Shown piece by piece: positions 51,144 to 61,595 of a stretch of 64,000 nt of DNA. A model generated the notes under the pieces. It searched no databases, was not told the origin of the DNA, and worked only from the letters and a program-made list of their open reading frames with translations. The DNA comes from Coraliomargarita sp. (GTDB taxonomy: Bacteria > Verrucomicrobiota > Verrucomicrobiia > Opitutales > Coraliomargaritaceae). The stretch spans positions 2,048,001 to 2,112,000 of the forward strand of contig OZ244160.1 of assembly GCA_965216325.1 (NCBI GenBank). The letters run 5' to 3'. A program made the translations under genes and the position numbers. Each line of letters starts with the position of its first letter. Position 1 is the stretch's first letter.

Positions 51144-51648
51144 CGATAGTCTCCTGTAGCCAGTTACGTGTGTTGAGATCGCCCAGTACGATTACACGTT
51201 CGAGGAGCAATTTCTCAAAACGGTTACCCAGTGTAGAGTTTAGGGCTGAACGGTATTGGGCCTGATTGGTGGGCGTGGCTCCGGCTTGTGGGTAGCTCGC
51301 GATCGTCCAGTCGGTGCCACGCAGTTGAAGTGTCTTCTTTGAATCGTCTATTAGGCCGAAGCCATTGTTGAAGATGACATACAGGTATTGGTCGTGTGCG
51401 GGTTGAATCAGATCCATCACATTAAGGGGCTCTTGGGACCCAGCTGCGCTAATTCCATAGGCGCGGTAGTGTGTGAAAGTGTAGGTTCCCTGACTGATGT
51501 CCATCCGACCACTACCACTCGGCATGATAACCGCAGGATAAGGCTCTGTGAGCATGAGCTTGATTGCAAAGGGTATGAATAGCAGCGCAGCGAGGATGCA
51601 TGTAAAGCAGAGGCTGGGTGCATTGTGTCTGGTTGGAGGGGTAGGCAT
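51118..51648 (-). CDS. Single-TM hypothetical protein overlapping the HTTM-like gene
   Basis: TM followed by EPYPAVIMPSG; 26-bp overlap with the downstream ORF. Confidence 0.65.
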   Translation of the reverse strand: MPTPPTRHNAPSLCFTCILAALLFIPFAIKLMLTEPYPAVIMPSGSGRMDISQGTYTFTHYRAYGISAAGSQEPLNVMDLIQPAHDQYLYVIFNNGFGLIDDSKKTLQLRGTDWTIASYPQAGATPTNQAQYRSALNSTLGNRFEKLLLERVIVLGDLNTRNWLQETIDESTLIEL

Positions 51649-51732
51649 GGCTTGTTGGGGTTTGGAGGTAATGTGTTGGTAATTTGGCTTGTAGGTTGCG
51701 TATGAATCGAAGTCGTTTCTTCTTAGGAAGTA

Positions 51733-52143
51733 ATGTCTGAGTCTTCTGAAATGGTGGTCTACTTCGATGGGGTGTGTAATCTCTGTAACCGTGCAGTGGA
51801 TTTCATTATTCGGCATGATGCGGGCGCTCGCATCCGATTTGCGTCTTTACAGTCTTCCCATGGGCAAGCGGTGCTTGCTCGGTTAGGACTTTCACTGGAT
51901 GAGTTGAAGACAATTGTTTTCGAGCAGGACGGTGTGCTGTATGTAAAGTCGGATGCAGCACTCAAAATCGCCGCAGTTTTGGATGGCCCGGTCTCGTGGT
52001 TCGCATGGTTTTTATGGATTCCACGCTTTTTGCGTGATCCGCTATACATGCTAATTTCGAACAATCGATACCGCTGGTTTGGCAAGAAGTCATCGTGTCG
52101 CTTGCCGACTGCTGATGAGAGAAAGCGTTTCATTGATTCTTAG
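51733..52143 (+). CDS. DCC1/DUF393 thiol-disulfide oxidoreductase
   Basis: FDGVCNLCN, FASLQS, KSDAAL and NRYRWFG motifs. Confidence 0.92.
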   Translation: MSESSEMVVYFDGVCNLCNRAVDFIIRHDAGARIRFASLQSSHGQAVLARLGLSLDELKTIVFEQDGVLYVKSDAALKIAAVLDGPVSWFAWFLWIPRFLRDPLYMLISNNRYRWFGKKSSCRLPTADERKRFIDS

Positions 52144-53465
52144 TGGCTCCTGCTTGGGCATTCAGAGAACTCCTTCTCGATACGGTTTTGGCCTACGTTG
52201 CCGACTAGCAGGACTGTCCATGCCAGGGTTAAGAATACAAAGGTGTCGAAGCGCAGGAAATAGCTCTGCGCGAGTGCATAGGTGCTCATATAGCTGATAC
52301 TCGTGGCATAGAGCACCGCGATTGCGCGGCGTTGTCGACTGCCTGGGGGGCCTTTGACTTCCCGCCAGCGTTTGTAGAGTTTGGCGGGGAATGCCATGAG
52401 CAGGGCTGCTAGGCCAACGACACCAAGGTCGAGCCAGAGGTCGAGGTATGCATTGTGGCTTTGGCGCGGGTTCCAGGTATGCACCAGCTCCCGCCCTTTA
52501 CCTTCGGTCCAAAAAGCTCCATAGCCGCTTCCGAAAATGGGCCGTTTGAAGCCTTCATTGAGAACAATTTTCCAAACCTCGTCTCGGCCTGAAAGCGATT
52601 CATCCCGCCCAGTGATATTAAACAGTGAGGACTTAAGGTTGCCCCAGCCAATTAAACTACAGACGACGACTATGCATAGTATCAGTAGCTGTTGTGCGCC
52701 GCGCTTGTATGAGTTGCAGGCCAGTAGTGCATACAGTCCTAAAGCAACCAGCGTAGTCACCAATGTAGTTATCGACTGAGCCATCAGAAGACTAATGCTG
52801 ATCAGTGCTTGAGCTAGGCGCAGAGCGACGAGGCCCTTGATAGTCTGTGTTTGTAGGCCTACTGAGCACAGCAGACCGATCGACATAATGGCCGCTAGGT
52901 TGTTTGGGTGGGTGGTGATCCCGGCCAGCCCAGGGCGCATTGGGTTAACAGTATAGGCCTGTCCAAAGGCGAAGTGTATCGTGAGTGATGCAAATGCGAT
53001 TACAGATACGCTGCAGGTGACGATATGCAGCATGCGGTAAACAGGATTCCTCGATGAATGGACAACAGCGTAAAGCGTAACCAGTCCGAAGACAAAAAGC
53101 ACGCTGCGCTTGAGGCTGAGCATGGTTTCTCCTGACCAGATTATTGACGCTGGCACGAGGATGCTGAGCGCCAGCATGGATCGATTCATTGTCAGCGTGC
53201 TTCCCAAATTTTTAGTAAAGAACATCAAGGCCAACGAACTCATGGCAGCGCTGCTAAATAAGATTTGGCGAATGGCTGCACCTTCAAACGAGTCGGAGTG
53301 AAGAATTGGGCTAAGTGGGTAACGAAAGCCTATAGCTGAATAACTAATCCATAGCCCGACCATGATGAGGACGCAATGGCGCAAGGGGTGCTCACGCATG
53401 AGTTCAGTCCGTCCGCAGTTCGTTATGAACGGTCGGCTAGCTGTTATCTGGATTGCCGGAGTCAT
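52140..53465 (-). CDS. O-antigen ligase/Wzy polymerase family protein
   Basis: GITTHPN, LSGRDEVW, RPIFGSGY and SHNAYL motifs. Confidence 0.88.
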   Translation of the reverse strand: MTPAIQITASRPFITNCGRTELMREHPLRHCVLIMVGLWISYSAIGFRYPLSPILHSDSFEGAAIRQILFSSAAMSSLALMFFTKNLGSTLTMNRSMLALSILVPASIIWSGETMLSLKRSVLFVFGLVTLYAVVHSSRNPVYRMLHIVTCSVSVIAFASLTIHFAFGQAYTVNPMRPGLAGITTHPNNLAAIMSIGLLCSVGLQTQTIKGLVALRLAQALISISLLMAQSITTLVTTLVALGLYALLACNSYKRGAQQLLILCIVVVCSLIGWGNLKSSLFNITGRDESLSGRDEVWKIVLNEGFKRPIFGSGYGAFWTEGKGRELVHTWNPRQSHNAYLDLWLDLGVVGLAALLMAFPAKLYKRWREVKGPPGSRQRRAIAVLYATSISYMSTYALAQSYFLRFDTFVFLTLAWTVLLVGNVGQNRIEKEFSECPSRSH

Positions 53466-53469
53466 CGGT

Positions 53470-54696
53470 TCAGTCGTTGCTCAGTTGCAGCTTAGGATGC
53501 AGTTGTTGAAGGATGCCGTTTGTTCGCGCGGCTAGCTCGGGTGATGCTTTGAGCTGTCTGAATTGTTGGCTCAATAAGCAGAGTCCGACGCCGAGGATGA
53601 GCGAGATGCCGAGGCTGATGCCAAGTTCGATCTTCTTGGATGGGCCGCTCGGGCGGCTTGGAATCGCTGCTTGCCGTATGATCGCAAGATTGCCAATTGG
53701 TTGTTCGGCGCGAATACGGTAGATGTCTGCTTTTGTCGCGATGGTTGCCAGCATGTCGCGCTGGAAGCGCGCCTCTTGTTGGAGGCGTGTATAGGCGATG
53801 TTGAAACGGCCGAACCCATCGGTGCTCACATCACCGATGACGCTCTCTTTGGACTGATTGATCTGGCGTTCGATTGCAGCGTAGCGAGCCCGGGCAGCTT
53901 TGACTTCTTTGGATGCTTCGGTGTAACTGAGTAAGAGCTCCTCGATATCGGTATCCAGTTTATCACGTTCCGTCCTTAGTTCACGTAGGGCTCTTAGTTG
54001 ATTGCTGGCTTGGAGGTCGGTGTCGATTAAACCATAGTTTTCGGCCAGCTCTCCGATTTGTTGCTCGGTTTCTTCTAATCTGACACGGGCGAGAACGTAT
54101 GCTTTGTCTAGGTGGTCGGCTTGGCTGATCAACAGCTTTTGCTCGATTGAACGACTCACGCGTTCGCACTCCTCGAACATAGTATTCGCTATACTGGCCG
54201 ATAGCTCTGGATCATTGCTGATCACACTGATCTTGATGATGCCTTCCTCGGTAGTGCTAACTTGTATCATGCTTCGCAAGGCGTTGATGACTTCTTCTGA
54301 GCGATCAGCTTCAGAGATGTCTCCGGCGAGTTGCGAGGCATGCTGCTGTGCAATCTCAGTGAGCACTGCTCGCGACATGATAATCGTGCTGTAGAGGTTG
54401 GGGTTGGGGGGGAGCATCAGATTCCCCGCACTACTGCGACCGGCGCGGTCATCGGTTGCTTCGACTGAACTGGTGTCGATTGCGGCATCGACGACTGCTT
54501 TCTCCCGTGGAAGAAGCACGGCAACTGCAGAGGCTTCATAGCGATACGGCATTTGTGCGAGTCGAACCACGCCGATGAGCATTCCTGCAATAACGATGCT
54601 GATGAATTTCCACTTGTTGCTCAGGATCGCGTCAAGCAGATCCAGAAAGGGCTCTTGCCAGGCGACTTTGCGGATTTCTGTTTGGTTATTGTCCAT
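53470..54696 (-). CDS. Polysaccharide co-polymerase (Wzz/GumC-like, no kinase domain)
   Basis: Two terminal TMs, periplasmic coiled coil, AAIPSRPSGPSK. Confidence 0.85.
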   Translation of the reverse strand: MDNNQTEIRKVAWQEPFLDLLDAILSNKWKFISIVIAGMLIGVVRLAQMPYRYEASAVAVLLPREKAVVDAAIDTSSVEATDDRAGRSSAGNLMLPPNPNLYSTIIMSRAVLTEIAQQHASQLAGDISEADRSEEVINALRSMIQVSTTEEGIIKISVISNDPELSASIANTMFEECERVSRSIEQKLLISQADHLDKAYVLARVRLEETEQQIGELAENYGLIDTDLQASNQLRALRELRTERDKLDTDIEELLLSYTEASKEVKAARARYAAIERQINQSKESVIGDVSTDGFGRFNIAYTRLQQEARFQRDMLATIATKADIYRIRAEQPIGNLAIIRQAAIPSRPSGPSKKIELGISLGISLILGVGLCLLSQQFRQLKASPELAARTNGILQQLHPKLQLSND

Positions 54697-54709
54697 TGTA
54701 AACTCCTTG

Positions 54710-57433
54710 CTAGTCGAGGAACACAGCTGCGTTCACATTGGCGTCGAGGCCGGATTGCTCTGGGGTGAATGGACTGACGAGCGAGACATCAAATTCTTTG
54801 TCTCCGTTAGCTGTAATGACTGCGATCTCGGCGAGCTGACGGGTCAACATCACCAAATCGCCAAATTGTGCAGCGAAGGTGCGCTTCATTGGTTGTGTTG
54901 GTGCGAGCAAGACGTCCCCTGCATAGAGCTTGGTGTGCTTCTTGATGAAGCCCTTGGATTTCTTCGAGCGCTCGATCTCGCCGTTGGCGCGGATCACATA
55001 GATCAAGTCCTCTTCAGCCATTTCGGTCAGTCCGCCGGCTTTTTCGAGTGCATCTTCGACGCTAATGCCTTCGGTCACTACGAAGGTGATTGGGCGGAAG
55101 ACATCACCGGAGACACTGACGGTTGAGTGGCTGCGTGGGATGCTTAAGCTGTCACCACTTTGCAGCGGAAGGTTGTATGCGCTGCTTGGAAAGTCCTCTG
55201 TTTCAAAGGGAATCACGATACGTCCGTTAGCGTTCTCATTCGACATGCGACTGAGCAAGTCCTTGGTTTGCTCGAGTGCGATCTTTGCTGCGAGGCCCTC
55301 TTTGGAGCGTCCGGTTTGCACCATGCGCTCGAGGGAGCCTTCGGCTAAGCGCCGTGTGCGCTCGATGAGATTGTCGAGACGGCTTTGTTGCAGCTTGCGT
55401 GTGGATTCACGGGTGAATACACCAGCGCGCAAATCAGCATCTTCGAGGATGCCTCCAGCGGCTTTAATGAGATCGGTGATCTGTGCGCCATCGGGAAAAA
55501 TGTATTCGCCGGGGAAGCGGACACGACCATCGATGCGGACGCGGACCTGGGCGCGCTGCAAAGAACGGATGACGAGTTTGTCGCCATTGGACAGCACCGG
55601 GTTGAAGGTATTATTAACATGGTTGGTCGGATTCAGCGCCTCTTGTAGGTTGAAGCGATAGCGCTTCACATCGAGTTTCAGTGCTTGCGGATCGAAGAAG
55701 CGGCGAATCAGCTCGGCCTCATCGTAATAGACCTCTGGGTTTAAGTTTCCCGCTATAGCGATCAGCTCGGACACTCGCATGGATGCCGTGAGCTCGTATT
55801 TCCCCGGGCGCTGAACGGAGCCGATGATCTCGACCACCGGTTGGGGCATGGCTGTATCACGCGAGCGGATGGTAATCAAGTCGAGTGGCTTGAGTGCGAG
55901 GTCGTGGGCGGCATCTTTCATCAAAGCGCGGTCCAGTCGGGCCACCAGCACACGCTTGGACTGGTAATGCACGCTACGGCTAGGCATTTCTTCAATCGTA
56001 CTATGCTCACCGATCTGACGTGAGATGAAGGCTTGCTTGATGTAGGCATCGACTGTCAGTCCATCCGCTCGATCGATCAGGTCGCTTAGTGTCATGCCTC
56101 TGGTGAACTCATAGTCGCCGGGGCGGGCGACTTCTCCCTCGATGCGAACAATGGACTGACGTTGATCATCGACGGCTTCGATCATCAATAATTCACCATC
56201 ATTCATGGCTTGTTGCATACCTATGTCGTTGAGTTCGATGTCGCAACGCTTGCGGCCGCGACCATCGATAGTGCGCTCGATTTGTGCCAGTGGTGTAAAG
56301 GAGAAGGGGGTGAGCCCGCCGGCGATTTCCAATGCGTCAGCGACGGTGAATTGCTTTTGTGTGAGCTCATAGATGCCAGGCTCCTGAACATACCCGGCAA
56401 CGCCGACTGTAGTGCCAATCGCAGGGATATAGAGCGTGTCTTGTTCCTGCAGTTGTGGAAAGTCGGTGCTCTTGTCCGGGCTACGCAAGTAGTCATACAG
56501 GTCGATCACGCTTTGTGTCTCACCCTGGGCGCATGTGCGATTGAGCACGATTTGGCGTAAGGAGCCGTCTTTGTTGACGCCGCCTGCGGCACTGAGTGCG
56601 ACGATCAGGTTAGATAGTGCGGGTACTTCGATGCGGCCCGGATTTGCGACGCGGCCGACGACGTTGACTTGGATTGCGCGACGTTGGCCGATGCTGACAG
56701 TGAGCTCAAAGCTGTGGCGGCGTTGATTGAGGAAGGCGAGCAGGTGTGCATGCAGGTTGCCATAGCTCGTGCCTGCAACGTGCACGGTGCCGAACTCCGG
56801 GATGCTCAACATGCCATCATGGTCGACGGTCAATTGGTGAAAGGCTTCAACCGCACCGCTCAGTGTGATCAAAATCTGATCGCCTGCGCCGATAATGTAG
56901 CTCGCTGGAGTCGGGCCGGTCGAATGAACGTTAAGCGCATCTGTGGAGAACACCTTATAGCCGAATTGCTCGAGTTCGCGGTTCGCCTCACGATCGAACT
57001 TGCCGCTGTAGAGCTTTTCGAGTCGTGAGCGCTGGGCGGTCTCGTCAATCTCGCTTGCTTGTGTTTCATTCTCTTGCCCAATGTTTACTGTGATCGATGT
57101 ACTTGAGCTGTTGTTGCTCGTGGCCGCTGATCGTAAGCGGCTACTGGAACGGCGTTCATTGCTCGGGCGCGTCGGCTTATCCTCACGGATGGGATTGAGT
57201 AAATTCTTGGGAGTGCCCCATGGCCATTCGCCAGTTGTGGCTTCTGCCTGTTCAAGGGCTCGCACTGTTGGCCTTGTGGCCAGTTCAGTATAATGGGGGA
57301 CTTGTTGTACCTCTTCACGCATTTGATAGGCCCAGTCGAAGGACTTCGGTTCGTTGGCGGAGAGTGCATTGCAAAACAGAAGGCTGAGGAGCAGTTTTGT
57401 TTTGCGGCAGGTGGTGAAGTGGAGCGTCTTCAT
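54710..57433 (-). CDS. Polysaccharide export protein with multiple SLBB domains (Wza/KpsD/OtnA-like)
   Basis: YIIGAGD poly-export motif and repeated GxVxxPG..AGG SLBB units. Confidence 0.9.
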   Translation of the reverse strand: MKTLHFTTCRKTKLLLSLLFCNALSANEPKSFDWAYQMREEVQQVPHYTELATRPTVRALEQAEATTGEWPWGTPKNLLNPIREDKPTRPSNERRSSSRLRSAATSNNSSSTSITVNIGQENETQASEIDETAQRSRLEKLYSGKFDREANRELEQFGYKVFSTDALNVHSTGPTPASYIIGAGDQILITLSGAVEAFHQLTVDHDGMLSIPEFGTVHVAGTSYGNLHAHLLAFLNQRRHSFELTVSIGQRRAIQVNVVGRVANPGRIEVPALSNLIVALSAAGGVNKDGSLRQIVLNRTCAQGETQSVIDLYDYLRSPDKSTDFPQLQEQDTLYIPAIGTTVGVAGYVQEPGIYELTQKQFTVADALEIAGGLTPFSFTPLAQIERTIDGRGRKRCDIELNDIGMQQAMNDGELLMIEAVDDQRQSIVRIEGEVARPGDYEFTRGMTLSDLIDRADGLTVDAYIKQAFISRQIGEHSTIEEMPSRSVHYQSKRVLVARLDRALMKDAAHDLALKPLDLITIRSRDTAMPQPVVEIIGSVQRPGKYELTASMRVSELIAIAGNLNPEVYYDEAELIRRFFDPQALKLDVKRYRFNLQEALNPTNHVNNTFNPVLSNGDKLVIRSLQRAQVRVRIDGRVRFPGEYIFPDGAQITDLIKAAGGILEDADLRAGVFTRESTRKLQQSRLDNLIERTRRLAEGSLERMVQTGRSKEGLAAKIALEQTKDLLSRMSNENANGRIVIPFETEDFPSSAYNLPLQSGDSLSIPRSHSTVSVSGDVFRPITFVVTEGISVEDALEKAGGLTEMAEEDLIYVIRANGEIERSKKSKGFIKKHTKLYAGDVLLAPTQPMKRTFAAQFGDLVMLTRQLAEIAVITANGDKEFDVSLVSPFTPEQSGLDANVNAAVFLD

Positions 57434-57457
57434 TGCCGGTATGTAGTTGGAGTTCTT

Positions 57458-60385
57458 TTAGGAGCAGCCAATCGAGATGGCCTGTTTGAAGCTGTTGGCC
57501 ATAACCCTGGGACTGTAGGAGCGGATAACTTTTTGGGCGGCACGGCCGACTTTTTTGAGGTCTCTACGCTGGAGCACAGCTTGTAGTTCTTGGGTGGCCA
57601 GGCCATCGACACTGAAGTCGATGGAAAAGCCGGTTTCGCCGTCGCGGATAAGGTCGTCGCTGCACCCGGCATACTTGGAGCAAAGTGTTGGGGTGCCGCA
57701 GATGCTGGCTTCGTTGACAACTAGCCCCCAGACATCACCGCAGCTAGGGAAAATATTGAGGTCGGCTGCGGCATACCAGTAGGGCATGCTTTGAGGAGGC
57801 ACGCTGCCAACATGTTCGATGTAGCGTGAGTCTTGCTTGGCGATGAGCGTCTCAAGTGGACCGGTGCCGATAAAGACCAGTTTCCATTCTGCCTTCACAT
57901 GGAGAGGAAGTGCATTCCAGTGGTCGAGTATATGCTCGATTCCCTTCAGTGGAATTAGGCGTCCAACGACCAAGGCGAGTTTTTGCTCCGGCGCATAGAC
58001 TTCACGTAGGGCTTCGATCTGGCGGCTTGCTTTGTCGCTGTTGAGTGCACGCAAATAGCTGGCGTGGTCCGCCGCATTGGGGGCGTCAATAATCTGGTGC
58101 TCCGGAACCCCCCAGTGACGAAGCACTTCGTGGGCTTGAGTGCCCATGCCGACGACGGTTGCGGCTTGTTTGAGCAGTACGCTTCGCCATAGCTTGCGAA
58201 GCCAGGTCTGTTGGCCACTGACGCGCGATTGGTAGGACCAGATCACCAATTTGGTGCGGGTCAATTTGCAGTAGGCTGCGGCAAAGGCCGTGCGGAAACC
58301 GAGTTCCAGACTGATGACGACCTTTGGTTTAAAGCGGAACAGTTGATACGGAAGCCCATAAGGAAGATGCTTTGTGAGCTTCTGGCTAAAACGTGTGGAG
58401 CCTTCGCTCACTTCAGTTTGTTTCCAGCTGAAGGAGTGTGTTTGTTCGATGGGTAAGTCATCGATGCTGACGCTCCAGTTTCGATCGAACTCAGTCTTTG
58501 CGTCGACAAAGATGCGTAGCTCAATCCCCCGGGTGTGTGCCAAACTATTGAAGACCGGCCTGCGATAGGGACTTACGATGTTGGTTAGGAAGGCGACTCG
58601 CTGTTTCGAATTGTCATTAGATTTTGGATACGCGACATGACGTGTAGTGCTGGATGGAATGAGATATGCATGTAGGCCGCCAGCTAACAATGGGAGCTTG
58701 AGCAAACCTCTGATGCAGGCTTCAGGTCTTCCTGCCAATAAGCTTGGGAGTCCGCGGGCGGTCAGTGCGGTAGTTGCTATGAGGCGCTTCGCGCAGCGAA
58801 TGAGTGGGTGATTTTTGTTATGGCTTGCTTTCAGGTTGCGCTCGTAGATCAGGCCATCGCGATATGCGCGCTTCCAAAGCCAGTTGAAGGTGGCGCGATT
58901 TGCTGGGACAAACTCCTCAACGATTGCTTCGCGGCAGCTTACGTAGTGTGCATCGCATGTCGCCATGCGTGCGAACAGGTGGCTGTCGGATCCGCCGCTG
59001 CGTCCGAGCGCACTATCGAAGCGAAAGTCGCGTGTGTGGAACCATTCGCCGCGCACCAGTGTGTTGCTGGTGCGTGTGGCACGCCAGTTGATTACGCTGC
59101 CGCTGGAGGCGACTTCTTTTTCGAAGAAGCCGCCACGTGCTTGCCAGCCATTGTGTTTGGAGTCGAGCTTTGCCGAGACGGGTCCGAAGACCGCATCGGC
59201 TTGGGTGCGCTCGGCACAGCGAACCAAGTCGACCAACCAATTCGGATGCACTGTTTCATCGTCGTCGACGAAGATGTAGGCGCCGACTTCTCCAAGCTCG
59301 ATGGCGCGATTTCGGGCATGGGCAATGTTTTGACGAGGCTCAATGGTGTAGCTGATGCGGTCGTATTGTGCGGCGTCAGCCCGGAAGGCTTCAACGCGCT
59401 CACGTGCGGAACCTTGGGCATCATTGTCAATGATGCGGAGCTCTACCGAATAATCCCTTGGTACGCTGCATGCTTTGAGGCTTCGCAGCAGTGCATCGAG
59501 TAGCTCCGGGCGCTGGTAGGTCGCGATGCAGATAGCAATGGATTTTCCTAGGCAACTATTATGTGGCCGCTTGTGATTCTGTCCGGGGTGTGGCTTTTGA
59601 AAGCTTATGCCCTTGAGCTTGGCTTCAGCCAGCTGTTTGAAGGCAGCCAGCATGAAGAAAGGGTTGGTGCTAAGGTAGCGGCGGAAGAGTCGCTTCGGCT
59701 CGCAGTAAAGGCGATAGGCCCATTCGAGGCCCATGCGTTGAATGCGTTGGGGCGCTTGGCGAACTGCACCTGCATGGAAGTCGAAGGCTGCCCCAACTCC
59801 GATCATCACGCCGGGGATGTGGGGGGAATGGGCGTGCATCCAGATTTCTTGTTTGGGGCAGCCTATACCAACTAAGGTAATTTGTGGGCGGGCATCGTTG
59901 AGCTCAGCGGTGATCGCGTCGTCCTCTTTCACGGTGAGTGGGCGGAAGGGAGGGATGACTGAGGCCACAATCTTTACATAGGGAAAGCGTTTACGAACCA
60001 TCTCAAGTAATGCTGGCATGCGGTCTGGGTGCCCGCCGTAGAATGCGACACGCATGCGCTCGTGGTTTGCCTGTTCGAGAACATGTAGCATCAGGTTTGG
60101 ACCATAGACACGACTACTGTTTGGAGCTCCGAGCTGGCGCATCATCCAGACCAGAGGCATGCCGTCTGCCGTGTTCATGTCGGCTTTGAGTAGGGCGCGG
60201 CGCAGAGTGGGATTCCAGCGACTGCTGGTGGTGGAGTGCACATTGCAGACGCAGACGGTGCGATGTTCATAGCGGTAAGCCCAGTCGATGATGCGTGTCG
60301 TGGCGCTTTCGTAGTCGACGTTGGAAAGGGGAATACCGATGACCTCGGTGCAGGTTTGAGTAAACTTTGGGGTGGAGCGAAACAT
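57458..60385 (-). CDS. Tri-domain glycosyltransferase: WecB/TagA/CpsF + GT2 + GT4
   Basis: ADGMPL, GCPKQE and GLEWAYRL; ATYQRP and FVDDDE; GRLIPLKG and DVWGLVVNEA. Confidence 0.88.
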   Translation of the reverse strand: MFRSTPKFTQTCTEVIGIPLSNVDYESATTRIIDWAYRYEHRTVCVCNVHSTTSSRWNPTLRRALLKADMNTADGMPLVWMMRQLGAPNSSRVYGPNLMLHVLEQANHERMRVAFYGGHPDRMPALLEMVRKRFPYVKIVASVIPPFRPLTVKEDDAITAELNDARPQITLVGIGCPKQEIWMHAHSPHIPGVMIGVGAAFDFHAGAVRQAPQRIQRMGLEWAYRLYCEPKRLFRRYLSTNPFFMLAAFKQLAEAKLKGISFQKPHPGQNHKRPHNSCLGKSIAICIATYQRPELLDALLRSLKACSVPRDYSVELRIIDNDAQGSARERVEAFRADAAQYDRISYTIEPRQNIAHARNRAIELGEVGAYIFVDDDETVHPNWLVDLVRCAERTQADAVFGPVSAKLDSKHNGWQARGGFFEKEVASSGSVINWRATRTSNTLVRGEWFHTRDFRFDSALGRSGGSDSHLFARMATCDAHYVSCREAIVEEFVPANRATFNWLWKRAYRDGLIYERNLKASHNKNHPLIRCAKRLIATTALTARGLPSLLAGRPEACIRGLLKLPLLAGGLHAYLIPSSTTRHVAYPKSNDNSKQRVAFLTNIVSPYRRPVFNSLAHTRGIELRIFVDAKTEFDRNWSVSIDDLPIEQTHSFSWKQTEVSEGSTRFSQKLTKHLPYGLPYQLFRFKPKVVISLELGFRTAFAAAYCKLTRTKLVIWSYQSRVSGQQTWLRKLWRSVLLKQAATVVGMGTQAHEVLRHWGVPEHQIIDAPNAADHASYLRALNSDKASRQIEALREVYAPEQKLALVVGRLIPLKGIEHILDHWNALPLHVKAEWKLVFIGTGPLETLIAKQDSRYIEHVGSVPPQSMPYWYAAADLNIFPSCGDVWGLVVNEASICGTPTLCSKYAGCSDDLIRDGETGFSIDFSVDGLATQELQAVLQRRDLKKVGRAAQKVIRSYSPRVMANSFKQAISIGCS

Positions 60386-60396
60386 GATGCGTCGGG

Positions 60397-61080
60397 TTAG
60401 GATTGGAGGAGTTTCTTGATCACGTAGTACGTTGACATCGCGACCATGAGGAGATCGTAGCTGATCGATTGATTGCGGATGTAGTGTAGCTCGCCCTCAA
60501 AGCGCAGTTTCCAGTCGGCGACCAATTTGTCGTCCAGCGCATTGTCGTTGATGCAGATTTGGCCGATGCTGGTAAGCCCGGGGAGGATGTCGTAGCGAGC
60601 GTGGAAGCCGTAGATGTGCTTGCTTAATTCTTTGTCCAGTGCGCATGGTATCGGCCGTGGCCCGACGATGGTCATGTCACCCTTGACGATGTTCAGTAAT
60701 TGTGGTGCCTCATCTATTTTAAGTTTGCGAAGTGTGCGGCCTAAGCGAGTAATCTGTGGGTTGTCGTTTCGGGTGCCGAGTTCGGTCTGCTTCTCGGAGC
60801 CAACGCGCATGGTGCGCAGCTTAAAAATTTCAAAGGGTTCACCTTTGAGCCCTGGGCGTGTTTGCTTGAAGAACAGTGGGCCACGTTCTCCGAATAGATT
60901 CACGATCCAGACGGCGAAGAAGACGGGTGCCATGCAGAGGAGCGCGATACCGGCGATTAGACGCATCGATCCTTGCCAGATGCGATAAGTGCTGTGGGTG
61001 TTCGCTCCGCTACCTTGCAAACGTTCGATTGGGTAGCCCAATTGGAAGCCGCTGTTGGTGTTCATAAGACGGTTCTCCAT
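60397..61080 (-). CDS. Priming sugar transferase (phosphoglycosyl transferase)
   Basis: KLRTM and IDEAPQLLNIVKGDMTIVGPRP motifs; start uncertain. Confidence 0.92.
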   Translation of the reverse strand: MENRLMNTNSGFQLGYPIERLQGSGANTHSTYRIWQGSMRLIAGIALLCMAPVFFAVWIVNLFGERGPLFFKQTRPGLKGEPFEIFKLRTMRVGSEKQTELGTRNDNPQITRLGRTLRKLKIDEAPQLLNIVKGDMTIVGPRPIPCALDKELSKHIYGFHARYDILPGLTSIGQICINDNALDDKLVADWKLRFEGELHYIRNQSISYDLLMVAMSTYYVIKKLLQS

Positions 61081-61088
61081 GGGGGTGA

Positions 61089-61595
61089 TTAGAAGCCTGC
61101 GTGACGTAGGCGTTGGTTCCACTCGTGCAGCAAGTCACGCAGCGAAATGACTACCCGGCCAAAGGGACTGTGGGTCTGCGCAGTTCGGAGGCGATCGAGC
61201 ACGTCGAAATAGTTTCCGATGACCTCGAAGACTGGCTCGCCATTTCTAGGCTGGTTCTTGTCGTAAACCGCATTGCAGCCTCCGTTTATTAACGCTTTCA
61301 GCGTGTCGCTCTCAAGCGTCGCTGACATCGCTACCACGAGGGCATTGGGGTTGAGCTTGCGGATTTCACTGAGCAGCTCGGTTGCCAGTGCGCTGCCGTC
61401 GAAGTCGTTATCTACAAAGTAGACATCCAGATGCGGCTCGACCACTGGTTTATCGTAAATGGTGATACTGCACTCAGGGAATTGAATCCGTAGGCGTGCG
61501 CGCATGACAGTGGCCGCAATTGGGTCATCGTCGATGATGCCAATTTGCGGAGTTATGCGAAATGAATTAGCTGCAGAGTTATTTTGGGGGGTCAT
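61089..61595 (-). CDS. Receiver-domain response regulator with a short C-terminal helix
   Basis: IIDDD, FVDND (phospho-Asp), MSA and YDK motifs. Confidence 0.8.
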   Translation of the reverse strand: MTPQNNSAANSFRITPQIGIIDDDPIAATVMRARLRIQFPECSITIYDKPVVEPHLDVYFVDNDFDGSALATELLSEIRKLNPNALVVAMSATLESDTLKALINGGCNAVYDKNQPRNGEPVFEVIGNYFDVLDRLRTAQTHSPFGRVVISLRDLLHEWNQRLRHAGF

